DNA of 4,349 nucleotides from a virus (Duplodnaviria; Heunggongvirae; Uroviricota; Caudoviricetes): IMG/VR virus record IMGVR_UViG_2706794698_000006; one strand, 5' to 3'. Shown piece by piece: positions 1 to 4,349 of this stretch (position 1 is its first letter; each line of letters starts with the position of its first letter). The notes under the pieces were generated by a model. It saw only the letters and a program-made list of their open reading frames with translations, ran no database searches and was not told where the DNA came from. The position numbers and the translations under genes were made by a program.

Positions 1-35
1 GAACAGGAGGGACAGCTGATAGAAACAGAAGCCAC
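1..35 (-). CDS. insA: IS1 InsA, N-terminal fragment (first 11 codons; gene runs off the window edge)
   Basis: Minus-strand GTG at 35..33 followed by GCT TCT GTT TCT ATC AGC TGT CCC TCC TGT gives (M)ASVSISCPSC, matching the remembered InsA N-terminus. Position inside IS1 is as expected (about 54 nt from the IRL tip). Confidence 0.7.
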   Translation of the reverse strand, partial: MASVSISCPSC

Positions 36-90
36 TGGAGCACCTCAAAAACACCATCATACACTAAATCAGTAAGTTGGCAGCATCACC
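1..90 (-). mobile_element. IS1 insertion sequence, left-terminal 90 bp (element continues beyond the window start); terminal inverted repeat IRL at 68..90
   Basis: Reverse complement of 1..90 reads GGTGATGCTGCCAACTTACTGATTTAGTGTATGATGGTGTTTTTGAGGTGCTCCAGTGGCTTCTGTTTCTATCAGCTGTCCCTCCTGTTC, which I recognise as the first 90 nt of IS1 including its left inverted repeat GGTGATGCTGCCAACTTACTGAT. Recognition is from memory; no search was run. Flank at 91 onward differs from the Tn9/pACYC184 context. Confidence 0.85.
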
Positions 91-200
91 GTTTTAACGT
101 TACTAATAAATCGTGAAACAATCTCCTCATTTGTTAGTATTTTCGCCTGAGCACAGCAAGAGGTTAATATTGCAACCGTCATTAAAAATGGCTTTATCAC
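91..200 (-). pseudogene. 5' fragment of a putative lipoprotein gene, interrupted by IS1 after 36 codons
   Basis: Minus-strand GTG at 200..198 opens a frame reading (M)IKPFLMTVAILTSCCAQAKILTNEEIVSRFISNVKT, then crosses into IS1 at 90 and stops 6 codons later. Basic n-region (K), hydrophobic core PFLMTVAILTS and lipobox-like L-T-S-C. A 36-codon open frame in 67% AT sequence is unlikely by chance. Product not recognised. Confidence 0.4.
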
Positions 201-208
201 AAAACAAA

Positions 209-212
209 CTCC
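209..212 (-). promoter_or_regulatory. Shine-Dalgarno (GGAG) for the putative lipoprotein ORF
   Basis: Minus strand reads aatGGAGtttgttttGTG; GGAG lies 8 nt upstream of the GTG at 200..198. Confidence 0.35.
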
Positions 213-267
213 ATTGTTAGCATGTTACGCGATAATTTTGCCTCATCTTTCACCACAAAAAAAGAAC

Positions 268-2147
268 TCACCTTTTAAATGGAGAATACCCAACATCATG
301 GGTGATTTTCATAAAGGGATCGCCTGTTTTCGGCAAATCGATAACGCGCATTCCAGGCGGCGCGTTGTCAAACGTCACCTTAAGTTCGCTGCGGGTTGCC
401 GGTGAAGATGCAAGGCTTAACAGCTGATTCCTTTCCAGTGATACATTCGGGGTGTAGCGTTTATCGGGAGATAAATACCCATCACCACGTGGCATCTGCC
501 ATCCGGTCATGTCATAGACAAAATCATGGAACTGTTTGCCCCACTCGTCGAACTTATCATTCAGACCAAATCCACTGTTCAGTGCATCAGCCACAAAATT
601 TTTAACAAGCCAGGGATGTGCTTTTTCAAACTCCTGCGCCATCATGCCCAGTTCAAGCAATCCACCAATCAGACTGATCTTTCCGAGGCCCTTTAATTTC
701 AGCCCTGTTTTTCCTGCCGCCGTTGTCCATTGATTCTGGGCGACTGTTGCCGCACGAATACTTGCCACCGCCTTCACACCAATATACAGGGCAGAAACCG
801 TTGCTATTGTTTTTACTGCCTGTTCCCATCCCCCCATTGCTCTGACAACCTGATCAACCTCCTGCCAGACTTTTTTCACAACCGGACCGACCGTTTCCCA
901 GTTATCAATTATGAGATATGCACCACCGACGAGAAGCGCAATTAATCCCTTTGCCGGCGTCATATTCATCACGCTACCCATGATTTTTGTTATGCGTGTC
1001 AATGTGCCAATCGCCACGCCCATCGTCAGTAATGCCGCACCAGTTTTCGCGATGGTTTTTACGACCTCAGGATTTTCTCTGACAAACGTGCGCACTTCTT
1101 CCAGAAAAGGCTTCATCTCTTTTATGCCTTCATTGAGTGAAGGCAGGAAGGTTTCCCCCAGCGTGGAAGAAATCGCATTGATCTGGTTCTGCAGCAGCAA
1201 CAACTGATTTTCTGTCGTCGCGGCACGGGCGGCATATTCTTTCTGCATTGAGCCGCCATACTGCTGCGCATCCGCCACACGATTAAAGTTGGTTCGCAAC
1301 AAATCCAGATTCGTGAGCAGCGGCGCAATGGCCCCCAGGGATTCCTTCCCGAACAGCGCTTTCAGCACAGCAGCCTGTTTTTCTTTCGGCACTTTTGCCA
1401 GAGAATCCAGTACGTGCAGCATGGCCCCGCGGGCGTCTTTCTGCATATCCGCCGCCAGTTTTTTCGGGCTAATGCGCAACGAGCGGAGCACTTTTTTCTG
1501 CGATTTGGTGGCAGAATCCCTCGCTGTCAGCGACAACATAAAATTCTTTATCCCCGTCGCAGCAATTTCTGACTCCACCCCCATTCCGGCAATGGTTGCC
1601 CCCATTGCGGCAATCTCTCCGGAGGCCACACCCGCAACACTGCCTAAAGGGCCAATACGGGTCACAACATCAGAAATCTTTTTCGCACTTGCAGGACCGG
1701 TATTACCAAGATAGTTAATCTTATCCGCAAGCCCTGCCACCTCTCCCTGTGTCAGTTTAAAGGCAGTGCGCCACTGCGCCATCATCTGACCGGATTCTTC
1801 TGCCGTGGTGTCAAAGGCCACGCCCATCTTCACGGCATCGTCAGTAAACTGCATCAGCTCGTCACGGGCGATACCAGCCTGACCACCCGCCGCCACAATT
1901 TCGGCGATACCTTCCGCCGACATGGGCAGTTCTGTTGACAGGTCGCGCACCTGCTCCGTCATTGCCTTAAACGCTTCCGGCGTATCCAGACCATCCACCA
2001 CTTTCCGGACATCCGCCATTTTTGATTCAAGGGCAATGGCAGATTTGACCGGGAGCGCCAGCGCCCCCAGTACTGCGGTTCCGGCACCCGCTGCGCCCAG
2101 TAACAGGCTGGCAAACTCCTTTTTAAAACCTTTCAGCTGGCGCTGCA
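268..2147 (-). CDS. Phage tail tape measure protein, C-terminal 626 codons (N-terminus lies in the N-run)
   Basis: Continuous minus-strand frame from the N-run edge to TGA at 270..268. Translation (QRQLKGFKKEFASLLLGAAGAG...IAEIVAAGGQAGIARDELMQFTDDAVKMGVAFD...) has the Gly/Ala-rich and hydrophobic segments typical of tape measure proteins. It is a very long gene placed right after sheath and tube. The 749-aa ORF in the track is an artefact of reading through N. Confidence 0.85.
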
Positions 2148-2400
2148 NNNNNNNNNNNNNNNNNNNNNNNNNNNNNNNNNNNNNNNNNNNNNNNNNNNNN
2201 NNNNNNNNNNNNNNNNNNNNNNNNNNNNNNNNNNNNNNNNNNNNNNNNNNNNNNNNNNNNNNNNNNNNNNNNNNNNNNNNNNNNNNNNNNNNNNNNNNNN
2301 NNNNNNNNNNNNNNNNNNNNNNNNNNNNNNNNNNNNNNNNNNNNNNNNNNNNNNNNNNNNNNNNNNNNNNNNNNNNNNNNNNNNNNNNNNNNNNNNNNNN
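2148..2400. other. Run of 253 N (assembly gap or masked sequence)
   Basis: Directly visible in the sequence. The frame entering the gap at 2417 (start after tail tube) and the frame leaving it at 2147 (tape measure) differ, so the gap length cannot be taken as exact or it spans a gene boundary or frameshift. Confidence 1.
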
Positions 2401-2417
2401 GTAACGTTCATTGCCAT
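2401..2417 (-). CDS. 5' end of the gene following the tail tube (tail assembly chaperone or tape measure N-terminus); rest is masked by N
   Basis: ATG at 2417..2415 overlaps the tube stop as TAATG and reads MAMNV before entering the N-run. GGAGG at 2427..2431 sits about 9 nt upstream. Confidence 0.45.
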
Positions 2418-2773
2418 TACTGATACCCTCCCTCTTCGCCGTGGAATTCAAGATCTGCCGTGCCTTCTTCGGCATTATGATTAGCCTCTCCGTGCAGCCA
2501 TGCCGCCGAAAGCACATACACCATGCCGTTTGCCAGCTCAGCGGTAATCGTCATCTGGTCTGAGGTGGTAATTTTGTCGACCGGAAAGTTTTTGGGCACT
2601 TTAAACGTGCCCTTAACGTAAGGTGACCGCCAGGTCTCCTTGTAATCCACATCCCCTGCCATGCCGACGATGTCATCCCGGACATTGGTGTTCATCGGCA
2701 CTTCAATGCCACCTGTCAGCGATAACTGCTGACCATCCACTTTAAAAAAACAGGTTCCGGCGATCTTTGCCAT
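2417..2773 (-). CDS. Phage tail tube protein (118 aa), Mu gpM-like by size and position
   Basis: 118-aa ORF immediately downstream of the sheath gene and coupled to it by a TAATG overlap. Small acidic/beta-rich protein (MAKIAGTCFFKVDGQQLSLTGG...) in the canonical sheath-tube-tape measure order. Family assignment is by synteny and memory, not search. Confidence 0.75.
   Translation of the reverse strand: MAKIAGTCFFKVDGQQLSLTGGIEVPMNTNVRDDIVGMAGDVDYKETWRSPYVKGTFKVPKNFPVDKITTSDQMTITAELANGMVYVLSAAWLHGEANHNAEEGTADLEFHGEEGGYQ
2427..2431 (-). promoter_or_regulatory. Shine-Dalgarno (GGAGG) for the gene starting at 2417, embedded in the last codons of the tail tube gene
   Basis: Minus strand reads gaagagGGAGGgtatcagTAATGgca. 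Confidence 0.5.
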
Positions 2774-4269
2774 TATGCTGACTCCTCTGAATACTGAAGA
2801 CGGAACTGGTTAACCACCGCAAAGACACGTAACTGATTAACATAATCCGGCGGGAACAGCGTATTCAGTCGGTTCGGGTTATCTGCATCACGCTCAACTA
2901 TCAGATACTGTTTAAACAGATCGTAATTTTCCACAATACCGGCACGCTCCATCTGACGATATGTCGCCAGAAGTTCCCCTTTGATAACGGCAGGAGTGAC
3001 AATCGCCTGCCCCGGACCAAAACGGGTACCATCATTTGCCAGCTTGTGACGTCCGTACTTGCTTGTGATGACCGATTTCAGTTTGCGAAGAACATATGCA
3101 CTGGTATGCAGAGTTTCACTGTCCAGATAGCTGTTGTCTGCCACGCCATACGCATTCTTTTTGTAGGTGGTTACGGAACGCTGGATCTGCAACGTGCCGC
3201 CTTCCACATAAGCCGTCGCCACGCCGTGAGATAAAAGGGTCTGCTGCTCTGTCATGATGAATCGCTTACCTTTCGGTGCCGGAAGCATCCCCACCAGCTC
3301 CCCCGTCTGTGTCGGACGGGCAGGATCATTCCGGATAAATACCGCTTCACGGGCAAGGCGACTGGCAACCAGTTCATCGACAGGCGACTGGGTTTCTTTT
3401 TCGTAACCGGCAAGCGTGATATGTTGCTGATTATGCATATCTCCGGCACCAACCAGCTCTGACAGCGTTCCCAGTTTTGCGGTATAGCCATGCCCGTATA
3501 ACTGGCGCGCATAACTCCAGCGACCGCTGCTGTCATTCATTTCGGTCATCATCATATTGATGGAGGCGGCATCGTTGAACGGCAGACCGATAAAGTCGAA
3601 TGCCTCATCGCCCATAGCAGCAACAGCGGCGGTAAGATCAGGCGCTCCGCTACCGGCAGCACCGACTTCCGTCACCACCCGAAGCCCTGCTGGCAGAATC
3701 TCACCACCACCAGAACCATAATAATTCAGACAGACCGGTAACTCATTACCATACAGCCCCTTATGACGGGCAGTCAGCGTCACCACACCTGCATCAGATG
3801 ACGCCGTAAACGGCAGGGTGATAACCCCGTTTACCGCTTCCTTAATCGCGGTGGCAACCGCAGTGGCATCATCGCCATTCACCACAGGCACCTGTACACG
3901 GGAGCGCCCGACATACAGACTCAGGGTGCCGCTTTCCTCTGCTTCTCCGGCAACCGTCACCCTGACCGTCGCCGCCGCCCCTCTGGCTTCCGGTACTGCA
4001 ATAACATACAGTTCACCGAAAGGATCTGTCTGACGGTAGACTTCCACCATACGCGCCAGCTGGCTCCCCGCCCCACAAATCTGGCGGGCATAATCTGCCG
4101 ATGGCATCAGCACCAGGCTGTTAACCTCAATGGCTGCATCGTTGCTGGCATGCCCGATCAGTAATGCAGGCGCGCTGGTCACCGCTGTATTTGCCGCAGA
4201 ATTGTTCATCTCGGCGTAGAACAACGGCACCAGCGTATTCGACGGAACAGTATTAAAACTTATCGTCAT
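2773..4269 (-). CDS. Contractile phage tail sheath protein (498 aa), Mu gpL-like
   Basis: 498-aa ORF with ATG at 4269..4267 preceded by an AAGG Shine-Dalgarno-like motif about 10 nt upstream. Size, composition and position directly upstream of a ~118-aa tube gene and a tape measure gene are typical of Mu-type myovirus sheaths. No search was run. Confidence 0.85.
   Translation of the reverse strand: MTISFNTVPSNTLVPLFYAEMNNSAANTAVTSAPALLIGHASNDAAIEVNSLVLMPSADYARQICGAGSQLARMVEVYRQTDPFGELYVIAVPEARGAAATVRVTVAGEAEESGTLSLYVGRSRVQVPVVNGDDATAVATAIKEAVNGVITLPFTASSDAGVVTLTARHKGLYGNELPVCLNYYGSGGGEILPAGLRVVTEVGAAGSGAPDLTAAVAAMGDEAFDFIGLPFNDAASINMMMTEMNDSSGRWSYARQLYGHGYTAKLGTLSELVGAGDMHNQQHITLAGYEKETQSPVDELVASRLAREAVFIRNDPARPTQTGELVGMLPAPKGKRFIMTEQQTLLSHGVATAYVEGGTLQIQRSVTTYKKNAYGVADNSYLDSETLHTSAYVLRKLKSVITSKYGRHKLANDGTRFGPGQAIVTPAVIKGELLATYRQMERAGIVENYDLFKQYLIVERDADNPNRLNTLFPPDYVNQLRVFAVVNQFRLQYSEESA
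2782..2787 (-). promoter_or_regulatory. Shine-Dalgarno (GAGGAG) for the tail tube gene, inside the sheath gene's last codons
   Basis: Minus strand reads ttcaGAGGAGtcagcaTAATGgca; 8-nt spacer to the ATG at 2773..2771. The GAGGAG also encodes the sheath C-terminal Glu-Glu. Confidence 0.5.
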
Positions 4270-4349
4270 GATTTTTTAGCCTTATCCTTGAGGTGTACTG
4301 GCAATAGCGGACACTACCATTTGTTCTTTTTTTAAGCAGCCATCTGATG

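Noticed and set aside
1-90. Cloning-vector (pACYC184/Tn9) contamination
   Set aside because: The 90 nt match the IS1 end, which is also present in Tn9-derived vectors. However, the flank at 91 onward is not the cat-side vector sequence, so a genuine genomic IS1 copy is more likely.
250-270. Intrinsic terminator after the tape measure stop (minus-strand T-run at about 257..263)
   Set aside because: A run of seven T is present, but no GC-rich stem-loop precedes it.
2133-2417. The 94-aa ORF 2133..2417 as a complete gene
   Set aside because: Only its first 5-6 codons are real sequence. The stop at 2133 depends on the N-run length being exact, which is unverifiable.
268-2517. The 749-aa ORF as a single CDS starting at 2517
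   Set aside because: It is bridged by 253 N, and its 2401..2517 portion overlaps the tail tube gene in another frame. Only 268..2147 is supported as tape measure coding sequence.
1122-3536. Minus-strand ORFs 1122..1328 (68 aa) and 3252..3536 (94 aa)
   Set aside because: They are alternative frames nested inside the tape measure and sheath genes. Their Cys/Arg-rich translations are typical of out-of-frame reads.
214-4033. Plus-strand ORFs from the track (214..405, 396..605, 536..733, 730..945, 911..1207, 1289..1714, 1922..2404, 3046..3234, 3818..4033)
   Set aside because: All lie antisense to the long minus-strand tail genes or across the N-run. They have no convincing ribosome-binding sites and their low-complexity translations are typical of shadow ORFs.
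1-4349. tRNA, rRNA or CRISPR arrays
   Set aside because: No cloverleaf-like segments and no regularly spaced direct repeats were seen. Apart from IS1 and the AT-rich spacer, the window is explained by the coding sequence.

Overview
The window is almost entirely a minus-strand contractile-tail structural module of a myovirus-type prophage, which looks Mu-like by gene order and protein sizes: tail sheath (2773..4269), tail tube (2417..2773), a 253-nt run of N (2148..2400) hiding the next gene start, and at least 626 codons of a tail tape measure protein (268..2147). Sheath, tube and the following gene are linked by TAATG stop/start overlaps, each with a Shine-Dalgarno inside the upstream gene's last codons. 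Downstream of the tape measure stop there is a 177-bp AT-rich segment (91..267) whose minus strand opens an ORF with a textbook lipoprotein signal peptide; this ORF is cut after 36 codons by the left end of an IS1 element (1..90, continuing past the window start). No baseplate genes follow the tape measure within the window. I see no tRNA, rRNA or CRISPR array, and no evidence of a novel system beyond an IS1-disrupted, possibly moron-like lipoprotein gene at the end of a conventional tail module. All family assignments are from reading the translations and from memory of IS1, not from searches.
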